Notes: generated from the sequence alone by a model not told the origin. A DNA stretch of 64,000 bases from Promethearchaeota archaeon (GCA_016839765.1 JAEOTP010000034.1:36606-100605), one strand, 5' to 3'. Counted from the stretch's first letter, positions 40,412 to 51,597 are shown. Numbers and translations: made by a program.

Positions 40412-40524
40412 AATTCCAATGTTTAAATATAGAATTATAATATATTCAATATATTATTAAAAGTAGATTATATAATTAAGGCTATTGTTTAACTTGAATG
40501 GATACCAAAGAAGATTTTTTGAAT

Positions 40525-40776
40525 TTAAAAAAATTTAGGAAAGTTATACTCAATATTTTCTAATGCTTCAATAAGAAGATCATTTATTCGACTATCGTCT
40601 AAAAAATCTATTTTATTAAACACATTTTCAATCATTTGGTTTGCAAGTTGCTTGTCTTTTTCTGTGGGATGATGTTTCCTAGAATTAAATAAAAATTCAA
40701 ATTCTTCTTTTAACCATTCTAATTCCTCAATTAGAGAATCTTCCAAAAGTTCATCATAATCCCCGCAGTAAAACAA
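40525..40776 (-). CDS. Small acidic helical hypothetical protein
   Basis: 83-aa ORF, GGGGT upstream of TTG start. Confidence 0.55.
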   Translation of the reverse strand: MFYCGDYDELLEDSLIEELEWLKEEFEFLFNSRKHHPTEKDKQLANQMIENVFNKIDFLDDSRINDLLIEALENIEYNFPKFF

Positions 40777-40890
40777 CTAAATACCCCTACCCTAATTATT
40801 ATTTATAATAATTAAAATGATACTCTAAGAAACTAGTAGGGTCCGACTATAAATATTTTAGTTTTCCAAAAAATGAAATGACTAAATTAT

Positions 40891-41064
40891 TTAATCATAT
40901 ATTTTTTTAAATTGATATCTTGTAATTGTCTTAGAAAGTTCCCAAATTGACTGAAGATCATTTGAGCTAATTGCATTCGTTAAATCTTTATATAATTTTG
41001 ATAAGTATGATTGATCATATTCAATGATCTCTGTTTTATTAAATATTTTATCTTGTTTACTCAT
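40891..41064 (-). CDS. 57-aa hypothetical protein (not in ORF track)
   Basis: Hand translation MSKQDKIFNKTEIIEYDQSYLSKLYKDLTNAISSNDLQSIWELSKTITRYQFKKIYD; fills the gap, co-oriented with neighbours. Confidence 0.45.
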   Translation of the reverse strand: MSKQDKIFNKTEIIEYDQSYLSKLYKDLTNAISSNDLQSIWELSKTITRYQFKKIYD

Positions 41065-41285
41065 ATAGCAAATTCAAATTTAAAAAGTTAAAAATAGAAA
41101 TAATATCTCGATAACATCTATTCGACAGAAGTTGATAAAAAGGAGGTTTCAATTTATAATCTTTTCTACTATAATATATCTCGTATTAAATTAGCCAAAC
41201 ATTATTAAATTTTGTGGAAGTTAACATAAATAAGAGAATAGTAATAATACCTTTTTTCAACTTGATTTTAAAGATTTAAATTGAT

Positions 41286-42128
41286 TCAAGGTGATTTTTC
41301 AACATCAATCTTTTTCCCATAATATCTAACAATAAGATAATACATTATAAACATTAAAACCAAAATTGCTAAAATTATTAATAATACACTATTAAAAAAC
41401 ACGGATTGTGCTTCAATTTCTGCTAAGGGTAAAAGGTCAAAATCAACAGGAGGGACAATACCTAATATTGAACCCAACCAAGAATAAAAAAAGGCTCTAG
41501 GGATTGAACCTAAAAAGGTTCCAACTGTATATTTTTTAATATCCATATCTACTAAACCAGAAGTATAACTAATAGGGTCGAACGCTATAAAAGGTAAAAA
41601 TCTTGCTGTAACAATTGCTCCCATTCCATATTTATGAATGAAATTATCTGCTAAATTAATAGCTTTTTCTCCTACAAATTTTTTAGCTAATGGGCGCCCT
41701 CCTTTTTTACTTATATAAAAACATAACAACGCCGCGGCCATTGACCCTATAACGCCCATTATTCCACCTCCAATCAAACCCCAAATAATACCAGTAGCTA
41801 GAAGTAGTATTTCAGATGGAATTGGGATCAAAAGGCCTTGAATACCCATTATAACAATAAAGAGAAGTATCCCCAAAAATCCTAAATTATGAATTGGATT
41901 TACAAACCAATCAATTACTACACGATATAAAATAGTTTTATCAATGAAATAAATATAATACAGCAAAAAGATTGAGATTATAATCAATACAATGAAGATG
42001 ATAATGTATAAAATAGTTTTTTTGTCAAAGGAAGAAAAATCAAAAAGATTTTTAAAATATTTTTTTAATTTTTCAGAAAATGAGATATTTTCTTCTAAAT
42101 TATCTTGCGCATCATCCATTTGAATCAC
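41286..42128 (-). CDS. TVP38/TMEM64/DedA (VTT domain) membrane protein
   Basis: PIPSEILL.ATG..WG, GGRP, ARFLPFIAFDPISY, GSIPR. Confidence 0.9.
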   Translation of the reverse strand: MIQMDDAQDNLEENISFSEKLKKYFKNLFDFSSFDKKTILYIIIFIVLIIISIFLLYYIYFIDKTILYRVVIDWFVNPIHNLGFLGILLFIVIMGIQGLLIPIPSEILLLATGIIWGLIGGGIMGVIGSMAAALLCFYISKKGGRPLAKKFVGEKAINLADNFIHKYGMGAIVTARFLPFIAFDPISYTSGLVDMDIKKYTVGTFLGSIPRAFFYSWLGSILGIVPPVDFDLLPLAEIEAQSVFFNSVLLIILAILVLMFIMYYLIVRYYGKKIDVEKSP

Positions 42129-42296
42129 TTTTAAGTAAGATATGCAATTTAAATTTCTATAAAAATCATTTTTTTTATTATTTCACTTACAGATAGGGTT
42201 TATTCTTGAAAAGATCATTATAAAGAATGAATTAATTTTAATAACAATTATTAAATAGATTATTGACTGATAACAAATAAAAATCAATGAACTTAG

Positions 42297-43091
42297 ATGG
42301 AATTATCAAAATCTATTAAATTATTAATTATTGTTTTACTAATTTGGATAGTCTTAGCTATTTTATTCGGTATTTATGATTTGGAAATCTCTATTGCTTT
42401 AGTTAATGGGCAATCAAGTTGGGGTAATTTTGGAGCTGATTATGGGGAAGTTCCAGGCTATGCATTGATAGCGATAGCGTTAGCAACATGGTTAGGAAGT
42501 TACATTAAAAATATTAAAAAGCAGAAAATCTTAATTATTTTAGCTGTTATTACTGGAGTGATTTATTTTTTACTTGGAATTTTTGATAATGATAATACGG
42601 ATATATCTCTTGGAATTAGTTTAATTATACTGCCTTTAATATATCTAATTACAACATGGAATACAGATTGGATAAGATATAGGAAAATTGCGTCTATAAT
42701 ATCTATTTTAGCATTAATTAACCCTTTATTACTTGTACAATTAATAAAAGTATTTTGGGGGAGAGTTCGATTTAGAGATCTTGCGATAGGATATACTAAC
42801 TTTACACCATGGTTTATTCCACGTGGAATTACGGGCAATTTTAGTTTTCCCAGTGGTCATACAGCAATGGGGTGGATGTTTTTACCCCTTCTCATTAGTG
42901 TTAAAAATAAAGAATTCAAATTACCCTTAAAGCTAACATTATTTATAGGAATAGTTGGTTGGGGGATGTTTGTTGCCATGTCCAGAGTTATTGTAGGGGC
43001 TCATTATGCCTCTGATGTCCTCTTTTCTTCTGCATTTGCTACAGTTATAACAAATTTATTATATAGGAAAATCTACTTAAGGAATATCTAA
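42297..43091 (+). CDS. PAP2 family phosphatase
   Basis: KVFWGRVR, SFPSGH, SRVIVGAHYASDV. Confidence 0.9.
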   Translation: MELSKSIKLLIIVLLIWIVLAILFGIYDLEISIALVNGQSSWGNFGADYGEVPGYALIAIALATWLGSYIKNIKKQKILIILAVITGVIYFLLGIFDNDNTDISLGISLIILPLIYLITTWNTDWIRYRKIASIISILALINPLLLVQLIKVFWGRVRFRDLAIGYTNFTPWFIPRGITGNFSFPSGHTAMGWMFLPLLISVKNKEFKLPLKLTLFIGIVGWGMFVAMSRVIVGAHYASDVLFSSAFATVITNLLYRKIYLRNI

Positions 43092-43159
43092 TTGCAATTT
43101 TTTTTTCTTTTTTATTTCTTATTTAATATATTATCTAAATCAAAAGTAGTTGGAAAAAA

Positions 43160-43822
43160 TTGAAAGCAATTTTTAAAAATATATATCATGTTGGCGATTC
43201 AGGCTGTTCTGTGTTCATGGTTGATACAAATAGTGATGATGGTCTTGTATTAATTGACTGCGGAATGAGCTTTCATATGATAACGAACATTCAAAATTTT
43301 AACTTAGATCCTATGGATATAAAACATTGTATTTTAACCCACTTCCATATTGATCATATTGCAGCTTGTTTTGAACTCAAGGAATATAATACTAAAGTAA
43401 AATTCTATGCGCATGAATTAGATGCCAAAGCTATTGAAGAAAAGGGCCATAATCAAAAAACAGCCGCTTCTTGGTATGGAGTGAAATATAGACCAATCAA
43501 GCTAGAAAGGCATTTTCAAGCTGATTTTGAAATTTTGAAATTTGGAGATATAGAATTTCAGTGCATTCACACTCCCGGTCATACTCCCGGCTCAATCTCT
43601 ATTCTTATTGAAATTGAAGGCACTAAGGTCTTATTTGGTCAAGATATTCATGGTCCCTTTATGGCGAGTTTTGGTTCTAATCTGGTTGATTATCAAAAAT
43701 CGATGCAAAAATTATTAGAATTAAAGGCTGATATTTTATGTGAAGGCCATTTTGGTATTATTAAACCAGCTAGTGAAGTTGAGCGCTATATAAGACGTTA
43801 TATGGCTCAAAATCGTCCTTAA
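43160..43822 (+). CDS. Metallo-beta-lactamase fold hydrolase
   Basis: LIDCG, THFHIDH, HTPGHTPG, GQD, EGH. Confidence 0.9.
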   Translation: MKAIFKNIYHVGDSGCSVFMVDTNSDDGLVLIDCGMSFHMITNIQNFNLDPMDIKHCILTHFHIDHIAACFELKEYNTKVKFYAHELDAKAIEEKGHNQKTAASWYGVKYRPIKLERHFQADFEILKFGDIEFQCIHTPGHTPGSISILIEIEGTKVLFGQDIHGPFMASFGSNLVDYQKSMQKLLELKADILCEGHFGIIKPASEVERYIRRYMAQNRP

Positions 43823-43874
43823 TTTCTAATTAAAATCAATTTTTTTATAATAATGAAATATTGAAAGGAATTTA

Positions 43875-46800
43875 TTATTTAATATTGCTTTTAATGGTTT
43901 TTATATTGCTCTTTAATACTTTAGCTAATGGCATTTTAGTTAAGCGATTTTCAGAAAGTATTCGAAGTGCCTCTTCATGTCGGTTTAATGCTTCCGAATA
44001 ACTCTTTTGATCTAAATATATCAATCCCATTTTATAGTTTGTATCAGCCATACCTTCATAGTTTTGAAGTTCTTCAAAAATTTCAAGAGCTTTTTTACTG
44101 CTCTTCCACGCCTTAGTATATTCCCCTTGATTTAGATGGACTAATGTCATGTTATTTAAATATTTAGCCTTTATTTCGTTATGATTTATTTGTTCTGCAA
44201 TTGTTATTGCATCTTCAAACCTTTTTAATGCCACAGGGTAATTTCCTTCGTCTAAATAAATTAAACCAATATGATTCAAGCTTTTTGCTTTTCTTTCTAA
44301 ATTATTAAACTTTTCATCAATTTTTAATGAGGCTTCAAAATTTTTCAAAGCGTCAAGATATTCACCTTGATCTCGATAGATGAGAGCTGTATTATATAAA
44401 TTTTCTGCTTTTTCTTTTGAATCTTCTAATACTTTAAAGAATTTTATTGCTCTATCATACCAATTTAAGGCTTCATTATAATTCCCTTGATCTTGATATA
44501 TCAGGCCTATTTTATTTAAACTAAATGTTTTTCCAATAAGGTTTCCTGTTTCATCAAAAATTTCTAGAGCTAGTTTATATCGTTTAAGTGCATCTCTATA
44601 TATACCCCTCTGATAATATATCAAGCCAATTTCATTAAGTAAATTAGCTTTTCTGTCATAATCATATATCTTATCAGCAGTTTTAAGTGCTTCTTGATAC
44701 CATTTAAGAGCTTCTTTAAAGTTGTCCAAATCTTTATAAACTAATCCTATACTATTAAAACAGTCCGTTACACCCTCAAGATTTTCTATTTCAGAAAAAA
44801 TCGTATATGATTCTTCAAACCATTTCAAAGCTTCGGAATAATGGGTTTGATCATAATAAATCATTCCAATGTTTCTTAATATTGTAGCTTTTCTAGATAA
44901 ATTTCCTAATTGTTCTTCGATTTCAAGAGCTTCTCTATATTTCTGCAAGACCTCAGGATAACTTTTTCGAATTAAATAAATATTACCTATATTAGTTAAA
45001 CGAATTGATTTTCCTTTTAGATTTGCTAATTGTTCGTCGATCTTTAAAGCATCTTCGAACCATTTTTGAGCTTCAGAATAAGATTCTTCATCATAATAAA
45101 TATCACCAATGCTATTTAAAACATCTGCTTTTATTTCCAGATTTCCAATCTGTTCTGCTACATAAAGAGCATCTTGAAATCTTCTGATAGCTTCTGGGTA
45201 ATGTTTCTGAGTTTGATAAATTTTTCCTATAATATTAAGGATTTCAAGTTGTATTTCGAAGTTATCCAATTGTTCTACGATCAAAAGGGCTTCCTCAAAT
45301 CTTCTTAAAGATTCTAAGAAATTCCATTGATCTTTATAAATACTTCCAACAAAGATTAGACAATTAGCTTTCTTCTGTAAATTACCTATTTGTTCACAAG
45401 TTTTAACCGCATCCTCTAAATTTTCCAAAGCATTAATATCATCTCCTTGATAATGATAATTTAATCCAATATTATGAAGGGTATCGATTCTGCCTTCTAA
45501 ATTTTTTGCATTATCATAAATCTCAAGTGCTTTTTCAAATAATTTTGCAGCCTCAGAATAATTTCCTTGATCCTGGTATATAGTTCCAATTTTATTAAGA
45601 ATTTCAGCTTTTTTCTCTTCTAATCCTAAATCTTCGAATATATCCAAAGCATCTTTATACCTATTTAAAGAATCAGGAAAATTTGCTTGTTCTTGATAGA
45701 AATATCCGAGATTTTTTAATGTATCAGCATTTCCTTCGCGGTTATTTAACTCAGTGTAAATATTTAAAGCTTGCTGAAAGTTTCTTAATGTTTCCGTAAA
45801 TTTTCGTTGTTCCAAGTGAATTAAGCCCACCACATTAAGATAATCAGCTTTACTATTTCTATCCTTTAAATCCTCAAAGATTTTTAATGCTTTATCAAAA
45901 GTATTTAAAGCTTTAGAAAAGTTTCTTTGATCTTTATAAATTAGGCCAATATTTTTTAAGACTTTAACTTCTCCATTAAGATCACCTAAATCCTCAAAAA
46001 TTCCTAATGAATCTTCAAACCATTGTAAAGCATCAGAAAATTTATCCTGACTTTGAAAGATAAGACCAATTTGATTTGATAACTCTGCTTTTATTTTAAT
46101 TTTTCCATATTCTTCAGCAATCTGAAAAGCATCTTCAAAATTTTCTAAAGCTTTTGAATAATTCCATTGATCTCTATAAATAATCCCGAGATTTCTAAGA
46201 GAATCCATTTTACCTTCAACATTTTGCAATTTATCGAAGATATTCAGAGCTTCATTGCATTTTTCTAATCCTAATAAGGAGTTATCCTTTAAATGATATA
46301 TATAACCTATTAAATTAAGTATATCCGCTTTTTCTTTCAGATTCTCTAAATTATCATTGATCGTGAAAGATTCTTCTAAATAATTTAAAGCCTCTTCATA
46401 ATTTTCTTTTGAATAATAAACTTTACCAATACTTTTTAGATTAACTGCTTTTTCATTTAAATTAACTAACTTTTCATTGATTTTAATCGCAGATTCATAA
46501 TTTTTTAATGCCTCCGTAAGATTGCCTTGATTTTGATAAATTAGACCAATATTGTTAAGAATCTCTGATTTTACTTGAAAATTTTTAACTTTTTCATTTG
46601 CTTTTAAAGCTTGGGTTAAATATTTTAGAGCTTCCTCAGAATTATTCAAGTTGCTATAAACCAATCCTATATTTTTAAATACAGCAACTTGTTGCTCAAT
46701 ATTCTTCATTTTAAATTGTACTTGAAGGGATTTTTTGAGCCATTCTAAAGCTTTATCATAATTTGTTTGATCTCGATTAATTATACCCATATTCAATAAA

Positions 46801-47933
46801 GCAACTGCTTTCCATAAATCTTCCTCAGATTCATCTGCTATACGATATATTCTTTCTAAACATCTTAACGCATCATTATATCTTTTAGTTTCATAAAATA
46901 TTTTATGTGAAATATAAAGTTTTTTTAATTCATCAGGTTCCTTAATGTTATTTCTAAGCCATTCCATTAAATCAATTGAAAATTTTTCAGAAGGAATAAC
47001 ATCTTTATTCTCCAAGTATTTCTCAATTAATTTCGGGGTATTTGTATCTAATCGATATACATTAACTGAATCATTGATTAGTTTGATATCTAATAAAAAT
47101 TGATCAATCTCATTTATTTCTTTTATATCGTGCATCCTTTCAGGTTGAATTTCATATAAATTTTCTTTTGAAGTATCCTCACTGACATGATTTATCCAAA
47201 CTAAATTCTTCAAATTTTTCATTATTTTAAGAGTTGAAATGATATCTAAATCATTTTTTCCTGAATAACCAAAGATGATTAAAGAGCGATCGTCAGATAT
47301 ATTTTCGAGAAATTGAGCTTTATAAGGTTCTAGTTGAAGTAAATTATTTTTATCGTAATTGAGCCCTAATAATCTAATCGTATTAATAAAGGAGTCTTTT
47401 GTATCTTCTCCGGTTATTATATTTTTTGGAGAACCATGTATCTTATAAATTGTATATTTCCCACTTTTTAGTAGTCTATTTGGATCTTTATATTTTTCAT
47501 AATCTCTCTCAGTAATCACAGGTACAATCTTTTTCTTTTGAATATTTAATTTTAGTAAAGCGTGTTCTACCAGGGAATCAAAATTGGAAGTCATTAAAAA
47601 ATGCCCCTTTTTAAGCATTTCCGCTAAAAAGAAATGTATTAAATTTGGTTTATCATTTTCCAAATAGAAATTTGCAAATGAAAGCTCACTATCGAAAGTA
47701 TCTTGAAATACTTCAATTAAAATTTCAAATTTTAATTCCTCAATTTGAAGGATCTTTTCGACTTCTGATTTTACACACGTATATTTTATTAGCGTTTCCA
47801 TTACTTTTCGAGCACTAGGCATCGATGAAGGGGATTCAATTGAAGATCCTGCGCCCGCAAGAAAAACAAGCTTTTTATCATCACCCAATAAATCTGAAAA
47901 TCTCAAATCGGTTAATTTTTGCATTGAACTCAT
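43875..47933 (-). CDS. SIR2-like NAD+-binding domain + about 25 40-residue TPR repeats
   Basis: FLAGAGSS, TSNFD, KIHGS, IIFGYSG..D; repeats of A..LN.IG.IY..QGNY.EAL..FE.AL.I. Confidence 0.88.
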   Translation of the reverse strand: MSSMQKLTDLRFSDLLGDDKKLVFLAGAGSSIESPSSMPSARKVMETLIKYTCVKSEVEKILQIEELKFEILIEVFQDTFDSELSFANFYLENDKPNLIHFFLAEMLKKGHFLMTSNFDSLVEHALLKLNIQKKKIVPVITERDYEKYKDPNRLLKSGKYTIYKIHGSPKNIITGEDTKDSFINTIRLLGLNYDKNNLLQLEPYKAQFLENISDDRSLIIFGYSGKNDLDIISTLKIMKNLKNLVWINHVSEDTSKENLYEIQPERMHDIKEINEIDQFLLDIKLINDSVNVYRLDTNTPKLIEKYLENKDVIPSEKFSIDLMEWLRNNIKEPDELKKLYISHKIFYETKRYNDALRCLERIYRIADESEEDLWKAVALLNMGIINRDQTNYDKALEWLKKSLQVQFKMKNIEQQVAVFKNIGLVYSNLNNSEEALKYLTQALKANEKVKNFQVKSEILNNIGLIYQNQGNLTEALKNYESAIKINEKLVNLNEKAVNLKSIGKVYYSKENYEEALNYLEESFTINDNLENLKEKADILNLIGYIYHLKDNSLLGLEKCNEALNIFDKLQNVEGKMDSLRNLGIIYRDQWNYSKALENFEDAFQIAEEYGKIKIKAELSNQIGLIFQSQDKFSDALQWFEDSLGIFEDLGDLNGEVKVLKNIGLIYKDQRNFSKALNTFDKALKIFEDLKDRNSKADYLNVVGLIHLEQRKFTETLRNFQQALNIYTELNNREGNADTLKNLGYFYQEQANFPDSLNRYKDALDIFEDLGLEEKKAEILNKIGTIYQDQGNYSEAAKLFEKALEIYDNAKNLEGRIDTLHNIGLNYHYQGDDINALENLEDAVKTCEQIGNLQKKANCLIFVGSIYKDQWNFLESLRRFEEALLIVEQLDNFEIQLEILNIIGKIYQTQKHYPEAIRRFQDALYVAEQIGNLEIKADVLNSIGDIYYDEESYSEAQKWFEDALKIDEQLANLKGKSIRLTNIGNIYLIRKSYPEVLQKYREALEIEEQLGNLSRKATILRNIGMIYYDQTHYSEALKWFEESYTIFSEIENLEGVTDCFNSIGLVYKDLDNFKEALKWYQEALKTADKIYDYDRKANLLNEIGLIYYQRGIYRDALKRYKLALEIFDETGNLIGKTFSLNKIGLIYQDQGNYNEALNWYDRAIKFFKVLEDSKEKAENLYNTALIYRDQGEYLDALKNFEASLKIDEKFNNLERKAKSLNHIGLIYLDEGNYPVALKRFEDAITIAEQINHNEIKAKYLNNMTLVHLNQGEYTKAWKSSKKALEIFEELQNYEGMADTNYKMGLIYLDQKSYSEALNRHEEALRILSENRLTKMPLAKVLKSNIKTIKSNIK

Positions 47934-48062
47934 TTTCGCACCCTTAAAGTTCTTATTATTCTTACTTAGTTAAGTAATAGGATTTTTTTTCAATCTTAAA
48001 TAATTTTGCCTTATTGATTAAATTAGACATAATTTGATAATTATAATCCCAAAATTTAATTT

Positions 48063-48884
48063 CTATTTAATAAAGAAAGAACTAATTTGATTCTTTATTT
48101 TTTCAAGATGATTATCTTCTATACAATCATGATCCATTCCGAAAATCACCACAATATCAATATTTTTAAGATCTTTTGGAATAATTTGGTTTAATTCATG
48201 AATTGGAGTGATTTTATCTAATTCTCCAATTATTAGTTTCATTTCATTATATTCAATTTCTTTTATAAAGGTTTTAATTTGGTACTCTTTTCTTTTTAAC
48301 TCTATTTTAATTTTTTTAATAAATTTATCAATATCTTCAATACCCCGAATATTTCCTGGGAGGAATCGATTTATATAGTATAGTGATTTCGGAAAGTTCT
48401 CATTATAAACATGTCTTTCTAAATCCAGAATTGGACATAACAATAACAATTTATTAATTATGTTAATTTGGGAACATAATATTAATGCGATGTAACTTCC
48501 AAAACCGTGCGTAAGAATATTGATATTTTGAATGCTAAAAATTCTATTTTCTGACATAATTTGAATAAATTCTATAACTTTAAAAGAATCTGATACTTGT
48601 GATTCGATTGATATAATTCCTTCACTAGATCTATATCCTCTAAAATTAAAAACCAGAAAAGCAAAACCAATTTCTAATAAGTATTGATAATTTCTAACAA
48701 TCTCTTTTAATGTGAAAAGTTGAGGAAAATCATGAAAATAAATTATTAAAGGATAAGGTTTTTTAAAATCATCTCTTGGAAAATAGAGTATACCCTTAAA
48801 AATTTGACCTTCGTTATGAATTTCTATTTCTGAAACTTCATAAGGGCCATCATACTGTTTATCTTTGAATTCCAAAAAATCCAC
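48063..48884 (-). CDS. Alpha/beta hydrolase fold protein lacking the nucleophile Ser
   Basis: FNFRGYRSSEG, elbow THGFG (not GHSxG), GELDKITP, GMDH. Confidence 0.75.
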   Translation of the reverse strand: MDFLEFKDKQYDGPYEVSEIEIHNEGQIFKGILYFPRDDFKKPYPLIIYFHDFPQLFTLKEIVRNYQYLLEIGFAFLVFNFRGYRSSEGIISIESQVSDSFKVIEFIQIMSENRIFSIQNINILTHGFGSYIALILCSQINIINKLLLLCPILDLERHVYNENFPKSLYYINRFLPGNIRGIEDIDKFIKKIKIELKRKEYQIKTFIKEIEYNEMKLIIGELDKITPIHELNQIIPKDLKNIDIVVIFGMDHDCIEDNHLEKIKNQISSFFIK

Positions 48885-48975
48885 ATCTATATATTCTATA
48901 ATAATAAGGTTTATCTAATTTAATTAATAGTCAAAAATAAAAGTATTATTGTAAAATTTCTACTTTAATAAAAAA

Positions 48976-49824
48976 ATGGAATTAGAAGATTGGCATACTC
49001 ATAACTCTCTTTGTCGTCATGCCATTGGTTCTATTGAAGATTACGTGGAAAAAGCAATTAAATTTGGGATAAATCTTATTGGGTTCAGTGATCATTTTCC
49101 TTACGAGTTTTTAAAAGGAATAGAGGGAATACCATATGAAGAATATGCAATGAAGCTTAATCAGATTGAACCGTATCTCTCAACTGCAGAGAAATTAAAA
49201 GAAAAATTTAAAGATAGGATTGAAATTAAAATTGCTTTTGAATTAGATTATATAGAACATCAGGTTGCTGCTTATAAAAGACATCTTGATAAATATCTTG
49301 ATAGATTAGATTATATATTAGGATCTGTTCATATTCTTCAAAGAAAAGGCCAGATCTTCGCATTTGATGATAATAGATTTTTAAAAAATTATGAATTGTA
49401 TGATAGTATAGCTGGGCTTTATTTAGATTATTATCACACTTTAGAAAAAATGATAAGATCCGTAGAATTTGATTTTGATATTATAAGTCATTTTGATCTA
49501 CCAAAAAAATTTAATAAAAAACCAGAAAATTCAGAACTGATCGATGAGCAAGTAATAAAAATATTAGAACTTGTAAAAAAAAAGAATTTAACAATGGAAA
49601 TAAATACTAGTGGTTTGAGAAAACAGATTAAAGAACAATATCCGAGTGTTAAAATTATTAAAAAAATGCATGAATTAGATATTCCGATCTTGCTTGGTTC
49701 AGATGCCCATCATCCTGATGAATTAGGATTTAACTTTAATAATATAATTAAGTTAATAAAAGAAATAGGTTATGATCAATTAGCTTATTTCGAAAAAAGA
49801 AAAAGATCTTTCATTGAACTTTAA
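48976..49824 (+). CDS. hisJ: Histidinol-phosphatase, PHP/HisJ family
   Basis: DWHTH..LCRHA, GFSDH, GSVH, SHFDL.KK, EINTSG, GSDAH. Confidence 0.85.
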   Translation: MELEDWHTHNSLCRHAIGSIEDYVEKAIKFGINLIGFSDHFPYEFLKGIEGIPYEEYAMKLNQIEPYLSTAEKLKEKFKDRIEIKIAFELDYIEHQVAAYKRHLDKYLDRLDYILGSVHILQRKGQIFAFDDNRFLKNYELYDSIAGLYLDYYHTLEKMIRSVEFDFDIISHFDLPKKFNKKPENSELIDEQVIKILELVKKKNLTMEINTSGLRKQIKEQYPSVKIIKKMHELDIPILLGSDAHHPDELGFNFNNIIKLIKEIGYDQLAYFEKRKRSFIEL

Positions 49825-49839
49825 TTATTGTGGTTTTGA

Positions 49840-50562
49840 GTGATAAGAATGGAGGGAAAAAGGGATAAATGTGAAATATGTGGAAAAGATTTGGTTTATG
49901 CCACAAAAATTGGTGGTTATAAGGAATTAATATGCGAATTTTGCGAAAATATAATTAATACTAATATTTATTGCGAGGATGGTCATTATATATGTGATTC
50001 ATGTCATATCAAAGGTCCAATTGAAATCATTGAAGACATCTGTGAAAAAACTAATATAAAAGATCCATTTAAATTAGCAGATAAAATAATGAAGCATCAC
50101 AAATTCAAGATGTATGGTCCCGAACATCATGTATTAACTCCTGCTGTTATAATAACTGTATTAAGAAATAATAATATCACAAAAACAAATGGAGAACTAA
50201 TCACTTTATTTGATATTAAAGAAGCAATTAGAAGAGCTTCAAAAATACCTGGCGGATGGTGTGGTTTTTATGGGTCCTGTGGAGCGGGAATGGGCTCTGG
50301 AGTAGCCATAAGTATTTTTACTGGAGCAAACCCCAGTAAGAATATACCACGTTCTTTAGCAAATGAGATGACTTCAAGGTCTTTATCAAAAATAGCTGAT
50401 AATTTGGAGCATTGTTGTAAAAGATCCGTTAAAATATCCATTTGTGAAGCCTTAGATTTTATGAAAGAAAAATTTAATATTAATTTGAATTTTTATCAAA
50501 AAAAATGCGCCTTTTCTATCCTAAATGATAAATGTGAAAAAGCCTCATGCCCAATGTTTTGA
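49840..50562 (+). CDS. DUF5714-like Cys-rich protein
   Basis: CEICG, CEFC, C..GHYICDSCH, GPEHH, PGGWCGFYGSCGAG, HCCKR, CPMF. Confidence 0.75.
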   Translation: MIRMEGKRDKCEICGKDLVYATKIGGYKELICEFCENIINTNIYCEDGHYICDSCHIKGPIEIIEDICEKTNIKDPFKLADKIMKHHKFKMYGPEHHVLTPAVIITVLRNNNITKTNGELITLFDIKEAIRRASKIPGGWCGFYGSCGAGMGSGVAISIFTGANPSKNIPRSLANEMTSRSLSKIADNLEHCCKRSVKISICEALDFMKEKFNINLNFYQKKCAFSILNDKCEKASCPMF

Positions 50563-50610
50563 GACATTCATAAGAAAAAGGAGTTTATCAATAGATTCTA
50601 AATATTATTA

Positions 50611-51597
50611 TCATTCTATTTTTCTTGAACGTAACCAGCCCTCCATTACGAGTGAACGATATAATTTTAAATGTTTAGGATCTCTTGTGTGGATAACTAA
50701 ATGATTCATATTATTTTTTCCAATAACAGCAAACAGTAATTCTTCCCCATCTCTATCTATTACGTATCTATCTTCTCCTTCATACATTCGAATTGATATA
50801 TTATCAAGACTTTCAAATTCTTCTAAAAGTTCTGCATCTTCTTCTAATGATGCATCAATATAACATGAGATTTTCATATTCACTGAGGATCTAACTTCAT
50901 ATAAATATAATTCTTGTAAATCCTTAATATTTGGGACGGCAATAGTGACATTATGTAGGGCCTTTATTAATATCTCCCTCATTTTTTCAAGAATTCTTGA
51001 TTTTGGAATTTCAATTTCTGTCCAATCAATTATTTTTGCTCCAGAAGCTGCAGCTAATTGACTTCTTAACTTTTCATTTTCTTTTTCCAATGCTTCTAAA
51101 TCTTCATCCGCAGTCATTAATTCATTATTCAAAATCTCTAGTTTCTTTTCTAAATCGTCAACGAGTTTTTCTTTTTCAACTAGAGCATCTTTATCAACAG
51201 TAGTTTCAACTAAAGTCTTAATTCGTTTTTCTCTCAATTCGATTGATTTTTCTAGCGCCTCGATTTTTTCATCTTTTATTTTTACTGAACTATCTAATGT
51301 ATTAACTTGTTCAGATTTTAATTTTAAAGAATCTTTAAGTGTTTGAATTTGATCTTCTTTAAGTTTCATGGATTTTTGTAAATTTTCTATCATTTCATCT
51401 TTAGTTTTTATTACTTGATCTATTGTTTTTATTTTTGTATTCAATTCTTCTACTTTCCCTAATTCCTTAATGGTTAATTCTAGTTCTTTCTTTAAATTAC
51501 TGATTTGTTTATCTTTAAGTTTAATTTCTTCAAGTAGTGTGCTGATACGATCGCCTTTTGTCTTTGTTCGACTTTTTAACTCATCCATGTTTTCCAT
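50611..51597 (-). CDS. Coiled-coil protein with C-terminal PLD/TrmB-effector-like domain
   Basis: 14-residue coiled-coil repeats; ILIKALHNVTIAVP...IDRDGEELLFA. Confidence 0.6.
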   Translation of the reverse strand: MENMDELKSRTKTKGDRISTLLEEIKLKDKQISNLKKELELTIKELGKVEELNTKIKTIDQVIKTKDEMIENLQKSMKLKEDQIQTLKDSLKLKSEQVNTLDSSVKIKDEKIEALEKSIELREKRIKTLVETTVDKDALVEKEKLVDDLEKKLEILNNELMTADEDLEALEKENEKLRSQLAAASGAKIIDWTEIEIPKSRILEKMREILIKALHNVTIAVPNIKDLQELYLYEVRSSVNMKISCYIDASLEEDAELLEEFESLDNISIRMYEGEDRYVIDRDGEELLFAVIGKNNMNHLVIHTRDPKHLKLYRSLVMEGWLRSRKIE

